Source: an uncultured Chloroflexia bacterium
GTDB taxonomy: Bacteria; Chloroflexota; Limnocylindria; Limnocylindrales; CSP1-4
Direction: 5' to 3'
NCBI GenBank assembly: GCA_963813335.1
Contig: CAWEYL010000001.1
Coordinates: 960,001-1,024,000 of the forward strand
Length of the DNA: 64,000 nucleotides
Shown piece after piece: positions 9,670 to 18,287 of the stretch (position 1 is its first letter; the number at the start of each line of letters is the position of its first letter). The translations under genes were made by a program, and so were the position numbers. The notes beneath the pieces were generated by a model. That model ran no database searches. It was not told the origin of the DNA and worked only from the letters and a program-made list of their open reading frames with translations.

Positions 9670-10842
9670 CTAGGCGCGCGCCGGCACCGCGCCCGTCGCC
9701 GGGACGCCCGCCGGCTTGTCCACCGCGCGGGCGAACTGCAGCAGCGACGAGCCCAGCGGCGAGTCCGCCTTCGTGAACATGAAGGGCGAGCCGGAGTTGA
9801 GCGCGCTGATCGCGCCGCGGTACTCGTTGACGACCTGGTGGTCGATGGTCCGCTTCAGGGCACCCTCGGCGTTCTTCACGGCGATGCCGGTGAACGCGTT
9901 CGAGCGGTTGAGGACGAGCTGCACCTTCGACGACGGGTAGCCGAGGTGGTCGACCGTCTCGAGGATCAGCCGGACGTTCTTGAGGCATGACAGGTCCGCG
10001 GTCATGACCACGAAGATCGTGTCGGTCACCTCGAAGACGCCGAGGTTGATGTCATCGAGCCGCTTGTCGATGTCGATGAGGATGTAGTCGTACGACATCT
10101 GGAGCTGCTCGGCGATGAACGGCAGGTGCTCCGGCCGGACGAGCTCCGCGGCCTCCGGGTTCGGCGGCGCGAGGAGGAGGTCGATGCCCGATTCGTGCTT
10201 GACCAGGATCTGCCTGATCAGGTCGCCGTCGATGGACGGGGCGCTCACGACGTCGACGACGCTCTTGCGGTCGAGCCCGAGGTCGAGGAAGACGCGGTGG
10301 TCGCCGAACTGCAGGTTGCCGTCGATGAGGCAGACCTTCCGCCCGAGCTCGCGGTGCAGCGCGATCGCCGAGTTGATCGCGATGGTGGTGGTGCCCACGC
10401 CGCCCTTGGCGCCGTAGAACGCCAGGATCCGCCCCAGCGGCGGCCGCGCCAGCAGGACGTCGCGCGGCGCGAACCGCGCCAGCAGGCTCTTGATGCGGGC
10501 CAGCAGCTCGGCCGGGTGGAACGGCTTGATCAGGTAGTCATCGGCGCCCGCGCGGAGGCCCTTGACCTTCTGCTCGACCTCGCGCTCGGCGGTCAGCATG
10601 ATGATGGGGACGTGGGCCGACTGGCCCTCCTCGGTCCGGATCTTCGTCGCGACCTGGTAGCCGTCCAGCTTGGGCAGCATCACGTCGAGCAGGATCAGGT
10701 CCGGCCCCTCGGCGCCCCACAGCCGGAACCCTTCCGCGCCGTCCGCCGCGACGACGACGTCGTAGCCCTCCTGCTTCAGGGTGTACTGCAGGAGCCGCTG
10801 GACATTCGGGTCGTCGTCGACGATGAGGATCTTGGCCGCCAT
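9670..10842 (-). CDS. Response-regulator receiver fused to a ParA/MinD-like ATPase (CpaE-like)
   Basis: ILIVDDD...LILLDVMLPKLDG...MLTA..GADDYLIKPF receiver, then FYGAKGGVGTTT and LIDGNLQFGD. GGAGG RBS; TATAAT at 10900-10905 (minus). Confidence 0.88.
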   Translation of the reverse strand: MAAKILIVDDDPNVQRLLQYTLKQEGYDVVVAADGAEGFRLWGAEGPDLILLDVMLPKLDGYQVATKIRTEEGQSAHVPIIMLTAEREVEQKVKGLRAGADDYLIKPFHPAELLARIKSLLARFAPRDVLLARPPLGRILAFYGAKGGVGTTTIAINSAIALHRELGRKVCLIDGNLQFGDHRVFLDLGLDRKSVVDVVSAPSIDGDLIRQILVKHESGIDLLLAPPNPEAAELVRPEHLPFIAEQLQMSYDYILIDIDKRLDDINLGVFEVTDTIFVVMTADLSCLKNVRLILETVDHLGYPSSKVQLVLNRSNAFTGIAVKNAEGALKRTIDHQVVNEYRGAISALNSGSPFMFTKADSPLGSSLLQFARAVDKPAGVPATGAVPARA

Positions 10843-10900
10843 CAGTCCTCCGAGCGTGTGGAGCGTTGCAGGTCCGCCGGCCTGGGACCCGGCGCCGCGA

Positions 10901-11503
10901 TTATAGGGCGCCGCCTCGGGCGACCGAGGGGACCCCATTCGTCAGGTGCTCGAACGCCAGTCGGCTCCAGGTCTCGAGCCGGTCGGCGACCGCGCGGACG
11001 TCCGCCTCGGGGACGAATCGGCCCTCGAGCTTGTCGGTCTCGCGGATGGCGACGGGTCGCCCGTCCGCGTCCCCGACGAAGACCGCGCCGAGGTGGACCG
11101 CCCCGACGTCGGTCGTGTCGTCGTTGAGCAGGGCGACCATCAGGAAGTCCGGCTCGAAGTCGGCGACGACCTCCTCGCCCCACTCGCGACGGAGCCCGCC
11201 GAGCAGGCCGCCGTCGCCCGGGTTGAGGTGGCCGCCGACGCCGATGCTGTAGCGGTCGTGGAGCCGCGCGTCGGCGCCTGCCCGGGTCCGCCGCATCAGG
11301 AACCAGTCGTCCCCGTCGCGCAGGACCAGGTACGGGATCACCTGCTTCCACGACGGGTCGACCTCCATCGCGGCCCGCGGCTGGTAGCGGCCCTCGCGCT
11401 CGACCAGCAGCTCGAAGCCGTCGAGGCCGGCCGTCGTCAGCCCGTACCAGGCGGCCCCGTCCGGCAGCGCCGAGCGCGGCAGCACGAGCACGAGCTCATC
11501 CAT
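10901..11503 (-). CDS. NUDIX-family hydrolase (predicted phosphoesterase type)
   Basis: EVDPSWKQVIPY, RLHDRYSIGVGGHLN, GLRREWGEEV, VGAVHLG, LETWS. Confidence 0.82.
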   Translation of the reverse strand: MDELVLVLPRSALPDGAAWYGLTTAGLDGFELLVEREGRYQPRAAMEVDPSWKQVIPYLVLRDGDDWFLMRRTRAGADARLHDRYSIGVGGHLNPGDGGLLGGLRREWGEEVVADFEPDFLMVALLNDDTTDVGAVHLGAVFVGDADGRPVAIRETDKLEGRFVPEADVRAVADRLETWSRLAFEHLTNGVPSVARGGAL

Positions 11504-12380
11504 CCGGCAGTTCCTCAAGGCGCTCGCGCGCGGCGCGCAGCCGTTCGGCGAGCGCCGCCTCGTCCGGGCCGCCGGGCCGCTCGAGGGCGGCCAGCCACTC
11601 GTCGATCGCGCCCCGCAGGTCGCGCAACCGGGCGGCGATCGCCGGACCGTTCGTGGCCAGGATGCCGGCGCCCATCGCGGCATCCCCACGGGCCAGCCGC
11701 GTCATGTCGCGCCAGCCACCGGCCGCCAGCGCGGCCGCGACCGGCCAGTCCGCCCGTGGCTCGCCGGCCGGCCCACCCACGGCCTCGACCAGCGCCGCGG
11801 CGAGGACCAGCGGCAGGTGGCTGACCGCGGCGACGGCCGCGTCGTGCGCGGCGGCGTCCATCACGACGGGTCGCGCGCCGCAGGACCGCGCGAGCGCGGC
11901 GACCGCCTCGGCGTCCCCGGCGCGGGCGCTCGCGCCCGGCACGATGACCCATGGCCGCTCGACGAACAGCCCGGGCGTCGATGCCTCGTAGCCGGCGGCT
12001 TCGAGACCCGCCATCGGGTGGCCGCCGACGAACCTGGACCCGAGCGCGTCGGCCCGTGCGACCAGCGCGACCTTGGTGCTTGCCACGTCGGTGATCAGGG
12101 CGTCGGGAGCCAGCGCTCCCGCCCACGGACCAGCCAGGCCGTCGAGCAGCTCCAGGCAGGCCGTGGCAGGGCCGCCGAGGACCACCAGGTCGGCGCCCTC
12201 GAGGGCGGTCGGCACGTCGGCAGCGGCCCGGTCGATCACGCCATCCGCCACGGCCCGGGCCGGCCCCCGGCCGGACGGGCTCCACGCGGCCTGCGTCCAG
12301 CCTGCCGCAGCGGGCGAGGCCCGCAGGGCGCGCGCCAGCGACCCGTTGATCAGCCCGAAGCCCAGGAAGGCGATCCGCAC
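11496..12380 (-). CDS. tyrA: Prephenate/arogenate dehydrogenase
   Basis: GFGLINGS, TDVASTK, FVGGHPMAG, HDAAVAAVSHLP, AGGWRDMTRLA. Confidence 0.9.
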   Translation of the reverse strand: MRIAFLGFGLINGSLARALRASPAAAGWTQAAWSPSGRGPARAVADGVIDRAAADVPTALEGADLVVLGGPATACLELLDGLAGPWAGALAPDALITDVASTKVALVARADALGSRFVGGHPMAGLEAAGYEASTPGLFVERPWVIVPGASARAGDAEAVAALARSCGARPVVMDAAAHDAAVAAVSHLPLVLAAALVEAVGGPAGEPRADWPVAAALAAGGWRDMTRLARGDAAMGAGILATNGPAIAARLRDLRGAIDEWLAALERPGGPDEAALAERLRAARERLEELPDG

Positions 12381-12399
12381 GGGGCCGACCGCGGCCGGG

Positions 12400-12687
12400 T
12401 CAGTCTTTCCAGCCGGTGTTGTCGGCCGTGGACGGACTCGTGGGACCGCCGCCCCGACGTCGATGCTTCCGACGGTCGCCCTCGCGCCGCTCCGCCTCGC
12501 CTTCGGGCGGGCCGGGGTCGTCTGGCGGGTTCTGGCGGCGGATCACCTTCCGTTGCTCGTTGTCGCGCCGTTCGTCACGGAGGTTGGCGCCGCAGCGCGG
12601 ACACCGCCGCTCCTCGGCGAACAGCGCCTCGAGCGGCGCTGTCGTGTAGATCTGCCGGCCGCACGACCAGCACGCGAGGCGTGGCAT
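12400..12687 (-). CDS. Small zinc-ribbon protein with Arg-rich ERR/DRR motifs
   Basis: CWSC...CPRC, then ERRDNEQR and ERREGDRRKHRRR. Abuts the trpB2 stop. Confidence 0.75.
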   Translation of the reverse strand: MPRLACWSCGRQIYTTAPLEALFAEERRCPRCGANLRDERRDNEQRKVIRRQNPPDDPGPPEGEAERREGDRRKHRRRGGGPTSPSTADNTGWKD

Positions 12688-14058
12688 CTAGATGTTCGGC
12701 AGGCCGGCCAGCGCGGCCTTGACCTTCTCCATGGGGTACTCGTAGTCCTCCAGCGTCCCGTCGAGGTAGCGGGCGTAGGCCGACAGGTCGAAATGCCCGT
12801 GGCCGCACAGGTTGAACAGGATCACCCGGGCCTCGCCCGCTTCCCTCGCCGCGAGGGCCTCGTCGATCGCGACGCTGATCGCGTGGGTCGGTTCGGGCGC
12901 CGGGAGGATCCCCTCCGCGCGGGCGAACTGGACCCCGGCTTCGAATGTGCGCCGCTGGTGGACGCTGCGGGCCTCGATGAGGTCGTTCTCCTTGAGGAGG
13001 CTGACCAGCGGCGACATGCCGTGGTAGCGCAGCCCGCCGGCGTGGATCGGCTCGGGCATGAAGTCCGAGCCGAGGGTGTGCATCTTGACGATCGGCGCCA
13101 TCTTCCCGGTGTCGCCGAAGTCGTAGGCGTAAACGCCGCGGGTCAGGCTCGGCGCGGCCTCGGGCTCGGCGGCGATGACCCGGTACCTGGTTCCGTCGCG
13201 GAAGTTGCGACCGAGGAACGGGAAGGTCAGCCCGCCGAAGTTCGACCCGCCGCCGGTGCAGGCGATGACGACGTCGGGCTCCTCGCCGGCCATGCCCATC
13301 TGCTCCATGGCCTCCTGGCCGACCACCGTTTGGTGCAGCAGGACGTGGTTGAGCACGGACCCCAGGGCGTACTTCGTGTCGTCGCGGGTCGCGGCGTCCT
13401 CGACGGCCTCGCTGATGGCCATCCCGAGGGAGCCCGGGCTGTCGGGCGTCTCGTTGAGGACCGCGCGACCGTAGTTGGTCCCGAGCGACGGGCTGGCGAC
13501 GACCTCGGCGCCGTAGGTCTCCATCAGGATCCGGCGGTACGGCTTCTGGTCATAGGAGGCGCGCACCATGTAGACCTTGACCTCGAGGCCGAAGATCGCG
13601 CCGGCGAACGCCAGGGCGCTCCCCCACTGTCCCGCGCCGGTCTCGGTCGCCAGGCGCTTGACGCCCTCCTCCCGGTTGTAGAACGCCTGCGGGATCGCCG
13701 TGTTGGGCTTGTGGCTGCCGGCCGGGCTGCCGCCCTCGTACTTGTAGTAGATGTGTGCCGGCGTATCGAGGGCCCTCTCCAGCCGGTGGGCGCGGTACAT
13801 CGGGCTCGGGCGGTACAGGCGATACGCGTCGCGCACCTCGTCGGGGATCTCGATGTAGCGCTCCGCCGAGACCTCCTGGCCGATCAGCGCCATCGGGAAG
13901 AGCGGGGCGAGGTCGGCTGGTCCGAGCGGCTGGTGCGTGGCCGGGTGGAGCGGCGGGAAGGGTGCGACCGGGAGGTCGGCCGCGATGTTGTACCAGGCAC
14001 GCGGGATGCGCGACTCATCGAGCACGAACTTGGTCTGCCGCGGATCCGCTGGCGCCAT
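12688..14058 (-). CDS. trpB2: TrpB2-type tryptophan synthase beta-like PLP enzyme
   Basis: IPRAWYNI, YYKYEGGSPAGSHKPNTA, TETGAGQWGSAL, GGGSNFGG, IHAGGLRYHG, CGHGHFD. GGAGG RBS before ATG 14058. Confidence 0.93.
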   Translation of the reverse strand: MAPADPRQTKFVLDESRIPRAWYNIAADLPVAPFPPLHPATHQPLGPADLAPLFPMALIGQEVSAERYIEIPDEVRDAYRLYRPSPMYRAHRLERALDTPAHIYYKYEGGSPAGSHKPNTAIPQAFYNREEGVKRLATETGAGQWGSALAFAGAIFGLEVKVYMVRASYDQKPYRRILMETYGAEVVASPSLGTNYGRAVLNETPDSPGSLGMAISEAVEDAATRDDTKYALGSVLNHVLLHQTVVGQEAMEQMGMAGEEPDVVIACTGGGSNFGGLTFPFLGRNFRDGTRYRVIAAEPEAAPSLTRGVYAYDFGDTGKMAPIVKMHTLGSDFMPEPIHAGGLRYHGMSPLVSLLKENDLIEARSVHQRRTFEAGVQFARAEGILPAPEPTHAISVAIDEALAAREAGEARVILFNLCGHGHFDLSAYARYLDGTLEDYEYPMEKVKAALAGLPNI

Positions 14059-14185
14059 GTCGACCTCCTGGGTCCGGGACCGCGGCGGCGGGGAGACGGC
14101 GCGCCGGGACCGGGGGCCTGAGCCTAGCGTGCGCGATGGGCGTGGCGCAACCGGTCGGCGCAGTCTGCGTGGCGGGCGCGCGCCA

Positions 14186-14827
14186 TCAGCCGCCGAGCGC
14201 CACGATCGTGAGCGGTTCGTAGCGGGCCGGCCCGCCGCCGGTGAGGCTCTCGAAGAGGCCGATCCGCTCGACCTGGAAGCGGACGCGGAGCTCGGGGGCA
14301 CGCGCCATCAGCCGGCCCGCGATGGCCGCGCCGGCCGGGACGCCATCGGACCGGGCGAGGGTCAGGTGTGGCCGGAACGGCCGGTCGTCGGCGGCCCAGC
14401 CGCGCTCGACAAGGGCGGCGTCGACGGCGCGCGAGGCAGCTTCCATGCCGGCGACCCCCTCGTCCACGCCCAGCCACAGGGCACGAGGACGCTGCGGCGT
14501 CGGGAACGCGCCGGCCCCGTTGATGCCGACCTCGAACGGCTCGAGCGTCCGCGCCGCGGCCCGCACCGCGTCCTCGGCCGGCGCGACGCGCTCGGGTGGC
14601 GTCGGTCCGATGAAGCGCAGGGTCAGGTGCAGCCCGTCGAGGCGGACCCAGCGGACGTCGCGGCCGCCGCCCGGGACCCCGAGCGCCCGGACGGCGTCGA
14701 CGAGGGCGACCACCGGCTCCACGGCGGCATCCGGGAACGGGACCGCGATGAACAGGCGCCGGCCGGGCTCTCCCTCGCCGGGGTACCTCGGCCGGCGCGG
14801 CGCGGCCGTGCCGCCCTCGCCTGTCAC
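14186..14827 (-). CDS. thpR: RNA 2',3'-cyclic phosphodiesterase (2H family)
   Basis: RLFIAV, LHLTLRFIG and FRPHLTLAR: two HxT motifs. Confidence 0.9.
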   Translation of the reverse strand: MTGEGGTAAPRRPRYPGEGEPGRRLFIAVPFPDAAVEPVVALVDAVRALGVPGGGRDVRWVRLDGLHLTLRFIGPTPPERVAPAEDAVRAAARTLEPFEVGINGAGAFPTPQRPRALWLGVDEGVAGMEAASRAVDAALVERGWAADDRPFRPHLTLARSDGVPAGAAIAGRLMARAPELRVRFQVERIGLFESLTGGGPARYEPLTIVALGG

Positions 14828-15348
14828 GTCGACGGCGTCGCGGCGTGCTCGCGTTGCCAGGTCGCCCGGTCCGTGCGCAGGACCTCGAGCGCCCGCTCAC
14901 GCTCGCGCCAGCCGAGCATCTCGACGGTCTTGTCCTCGAGCGCCTTGTAGGTCTCGAAGAAGTGCTCGATCTCCACCAGGCGGTGCGGCCGGATCTGGTC
15001 GAGCCCCTCGATGTGCTGCTGGTGGGCATCGCCGATCGCCACGCACAGGACCTTGAAGTCGAAGCCCTTCTCGTCGCGCATCTCGAGGCCGCCCACGGGT
15101 CGGGCCCAGACGTGGCAGCCCGTGAACGTCGGCTCGTCGATGATCAGCAGCGCGTCCGTGTGGTCGCCGTCACCGGCGCGCGTGTCCTCGATGAAGCCGT
15201 AGTCGAAGTTGTAGAAGACCGCGCTCGAGAGGACGCGGTCCAGCCGGTAGACCCCGGCCTCCTCGTCGTACTCGTACTTGTTGCGCGACCCGCGCGGGAT
15301 CTCGACCACGATCTCGACGACGTCAGGGAACGCCCCAGGGCTCTTCAC
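14824..15348 (-). CDS. ppa: Inorganic pyrophosphatase (family I)
   Basis: EIPRGSRNKYEYD, LDRVL, YGFI, DGDHTDAL, IEHFFETYKALE. Confidence 0.93.
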   Translation of the reverse strand: MKSPGAFPDVVEIVVEIPRGSRNKYEYDEEAGVYRLDRVLSSAVFYNFDYGFIEDTRAGDGDHTDALLIIDEPTFTGCHVWARPVGGLEMRDEKGFDFKVLCVAIGDAHQQHIEGLDQIRPHRLVEIEHFFETYKALEDKTVEMLGWRERERALEVLRTDRATWQREHAATPST

Positions 15349-15587
15349 CCGCGCAGTCTATCCCGGGCGACCGCGACGGTCCGCGACGGCCCCAGGCCAG
15401 GATGATGGTTCGCGCTGGCGCGTCGTCTCGCGGCTCCGACGAACCGCCTCGCGGCGGCGGAGCCGGTGCGAGCGCAAGGCGGAGCAGGAGCACCGCAGCG
15501 AGCGCACCTGAAGGTGCGAGAGCGAGGAGCGCAGCCGACAACGCCGCGATCGCGCCGGATCAGCCGCCGCCGAAGATGGTGCCGCGA

Positions 15588-16682
15588 CTAGTCGTTGTAG
15601 AGCCGCTCTTCGATCAGCTTCTCCTGGACCGTGCGCCCATTCGGATCGAAGCACGAGTACTCGAAATGCTTCTCGTATTCGAGGTCCACGTTGTCCTGGC
15701 CGCCGCGGTTCTTCTCGACCGAGATCACGACCCAGTCGCGGAAGCGCTGCGCCTGGTACGGGTTGAACTCGATGTTGACCTTGGCGACGATGTGGTACTT
15801 CTCGTTGAGGATGACGATGATGTCCGCCTCGTAGTTGATCGCCGAGCTGCCGCGCAGGTGGAAGTTGCGCAGGCGCGAGGCCTTCAGCCCTTCCTTGTCG
15901 GCGGCGACGATGCTCACCATCGGCACGTCCTCGGCCAGGGCGATGTCCTTGAGGCCGTTGACGATGAACGTCACCTTCTCGGTCTCGTTCTCCGGCTCGG
16001 GGATCTGCGGGACCTTCTGGAGGTAGTCCACGAAGACCACCAGGCGGCGGTCGCCGGACAGCTCGCGGTGCTGCTGGACGAGCTTGCGCATGTTGTCGAT
16101 CGTGCCGGCGGTCTGGGAGCCGCGCATCAGGAACAGGTTCTGCCCGTAGCGGGCGATGCGGTCGAGCGAGGGGCGCAGGCGGGGGTTGTTGGCCAGCTGC
16201 GCGCCGCCGCCGCCCTCGGCCATCCACGTCCCGAGGATCTCCTTGCGGACGTCGACGATCTTGATGGCGCCGGTCTTGTGCGGGAGGTGCGCCAGCGCGG
16301 ACTCCATCGCGATCAGCCGGTTCAGCAGGTACGGCTCGTCGTGCTCGAAGCAGATGTACAGGACGTTCGCCTGCCCGCCCGAGGCGATGTTGCGGGCCAT
16401 CTGGAGCGCCATCGTGGTCTTGCCCGTGCCCTGGGCTCCGCCGATGAGCAGCAGTTCGCCGGCCCGCAGGCCGCCGCCGATGGTCTTGTCGAGCGGGGTG
16501 AACCCGAGCGGCACCGGCTGGTATTCCGCGACCGCGCCGCCGGTGACCTTGTCGTTCAGGTCGACGAGGACGTCAAGGGCGGAGCGGGGCGACAACTTCC
16601 CGTTGTCGGTGTCCAGGGTCCAGGTCGCCGCCTGCGCTGGAGCAAGGTTCGGATCGGCGGCTTCGGTGCTCACGCGGTGCAT
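15588..16682 (-). CDS. DnaB-like (SF4/RecA-fold) ATPase, C-terminal domain only
   Basis: PLGFTPLDKTIGGGLRAGELLLIGGAQGTGKT, YICFE, VFVDYLQ, LKDIA, LRGSSAINYEAD, VEKNRGG. GGAGGT RBS. Confidence 0.85.
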   Translation of the reverse strand: MHRVSTEAADPNLAPAQAATWTLDTDNGKLSPRSALDVLVDLNDKVTGGAVAEYQPVPLGFTPLDKTIGGGLRAGELLLIGGAQGTGKTTMALQMARNIASGGQANVLYICFEHDEPYLLNRLIAMESALAHLPHKTGAIKIVDVRKEILGTWMAEGGGGAQLANNPRLRPSLDRIARYGQNLFLMRGSQTAGTIDNMRKLVQQHRELSGDRRLVVFVDYLQKVPQIPEPENETEKVTFIVNGLKDIALAEDVPMVSIVAADKEGLKASRLRNFHLRGSSAINYEADIIVILNEKYHIVAKVNIEFNPYQAQRFRDWVVISVEKNRGGQDNVDLEYEKHFEYSCFDPNGRTVQEKLIEERLYND

Positions 16683-16785
16683 ACCTCCGGGATGGTGCGG
16701 TGGCGCACAGGGTAGCACTCGGAACCCCCCGATTCACCCACCCGGACCCCCCACGTCCGCACATGGGGCCGCGAACCGACCGCCC

Positions 16786-18171
16786 CTAGAGCGTGGTCGC
16801 GGCCAGCTCGTCGAAGGCCCGTACGACCGCCCGGATGGCCGTCTCGTAGTTGGCCAGGTCCATCCATTCGTTGGGGGCGTGGGCGTGGTCGTCGGGCTGG
16901 GTGAACCCGAGCAGCACGACCGGCAGCCCGAGGATCGTCTCGAAGCTGGCGCTGACCGGGATGCTGCCACCCTCCCGGATGAAGACCGGGGCCCGGCCGA
17001 AGGTCGCTTCGAGCGCCCGGGCGCAGGCCTGCGTCGCGGGATGGTCGATCGGCGTGAGGATCGGCCGCCCACCGCCGAGGTACGTGGCCGTGGTCGTCAC
17101 GCCCGGGGGCGCGATCGCCGCCACGTAGGCCTGGAACACCTCGAAGATCCGCGCGGGATCCTGGTCGGCGACGAGCCGGCAGCTGATCTTGGCGTGGGCG
17201 TGTGCCGGGATGATGGTCTTGGTGCCGTCTCCCTGGAACCCACCCCAGATGCCGTTGACGTCCAGCGTCGGGCGGGCGCCCTTCCGCTCGAGCACGGTGT
17301 ATCCCGCCTCGCCGACGAGGGCGGGCACGCCGATGGACGCCTGGTAGGCCGCCTCGTCGAACGGCAGGGCGGAAAGGGCCGTGCGGTCCGCGTCGGTCAA
17401 CGGCACCACGTCGTCGTAGAACCCCGGGACGAGGATCCGGCCATCCGGCCCCTTGAGGGCGGCGATGATGGTCGCGAGCGCGTTGACCGGGTTCTCGACG
17501 GCGCCCCCGAAGCTGCCCGAGTGCAGGTCGATCGGTCCGCCGACGACGTCGATCTGGGCGTACATGATCCCGCGCAGGCTGGCGGTGATCGACGGGATGT
17601 TGCCCTCGAAGAACCCGCTGTCGCTGATGACCGCGACGTCGGCGCTCAAGCGCTCCCGGTTGTCCTGGAGCCAGCGCTCGAGGTGGACCGACGACGACTC
17701 CTCCTCGCCCTCGAAGACGTAGCGGACGTTGAGCGGGAACCCGCCGCGCGTCGCCATCAGGGCCGCCGCGGCCATGACATGCAGGTGGATCTGGCCCTTG
17801 TCGTCGGCCGCCCCGCGGGCCAGCATCCGGCCGTCCACGACGACGGGCTCGAACGGCGGCGACGTCCACAGGTCCAGCGGATCGACCGGCTGCACGTCGT
17901 AATGCCCGTAGACCAGGACCGTCGGCGCGCCCTCGGCGTGGAGCCAGTCGCCGTAGACCACGGGATGTCCGCTGGTCTCCGCCACCTCGACGTGCTCGAT
18001 CCCGGCCGTCCGCATCGCGTCGGCGAGCCAGCCCGCGGCCCGGCGGCAGTCGTCGGCATGGGCCGGGATGCCGGAGATGCTCGGGATGCGCAGGAACGCC
18101 TGGTAGGAGGCCAGGCGCGCGTCGTGGGTGGCGTCGAGGTGGGCTTCGAGGGCGTCGTCGAGAGCGGTCAT
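16786..18171 (-). CDS. M20-family dipeptidase
   Basis: VYGHYDVQP, ARGAADDKGQ, FEGEEE, DLHSG.FGG, GGSIP, HAPNE. Confidence 0.92.
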   Translation of the reverse strand: MTALDDALEAHLDATHDARLASYQAFLRIPSISGIPAHADDCRRAAGWLADAMRTAGIEHVEVAETSGHPVVYGDWLHAEGAPTVLVYGHYDVQPVDPLDLWTSPPFEPVVVDGRMLARGAADDKGQIHLHVMAAAALMATRGGFPLNVRYVFEGEEESSSVHLERWLQDNRERLSADVAVISDSGFFEGNIPSITASLRGIMYAQIDVVGGPIDLHSGSFGGAVENPVNALATIIAALKGPDGRILVPGFYDDVVPLTDADRTALSALPFDEAAYQASIGVPALVGEAGYTVLERKGARPTLDVNGIWGGFQGDGTKTIIPAHAHAKISCRLVADQDPARIFEVFQAYVAAIAPPGVTTTATYLGGGRPILTPIDHPATQACARALEATFGRAPVFIREGGSIPVSASFETILGLPVVLLGFTQPDDHAHAPNEWMDLANYETAIRAVVRAFDELAATTL

Positions 18172-18287
18172 CGGGTGGTCAGCACTCCGTCGGGGTTGTC
18201 GTCCGCGGCATTGTAGGGTCGGCGCGGGCGGCTAGGATGGGCGGCAGCATCGAGCGCCCCGTTCCGCAGCTGAGGTCCCGACCCGAC

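Noticed and set aside
15323-15541. 72-aa ORF between ppa and the DnaB-like gene
   Set aside because: No recognisable motif, it overlaps the ppa start and promoter, and coding evidence is weak; it cannot be excluded entirely.
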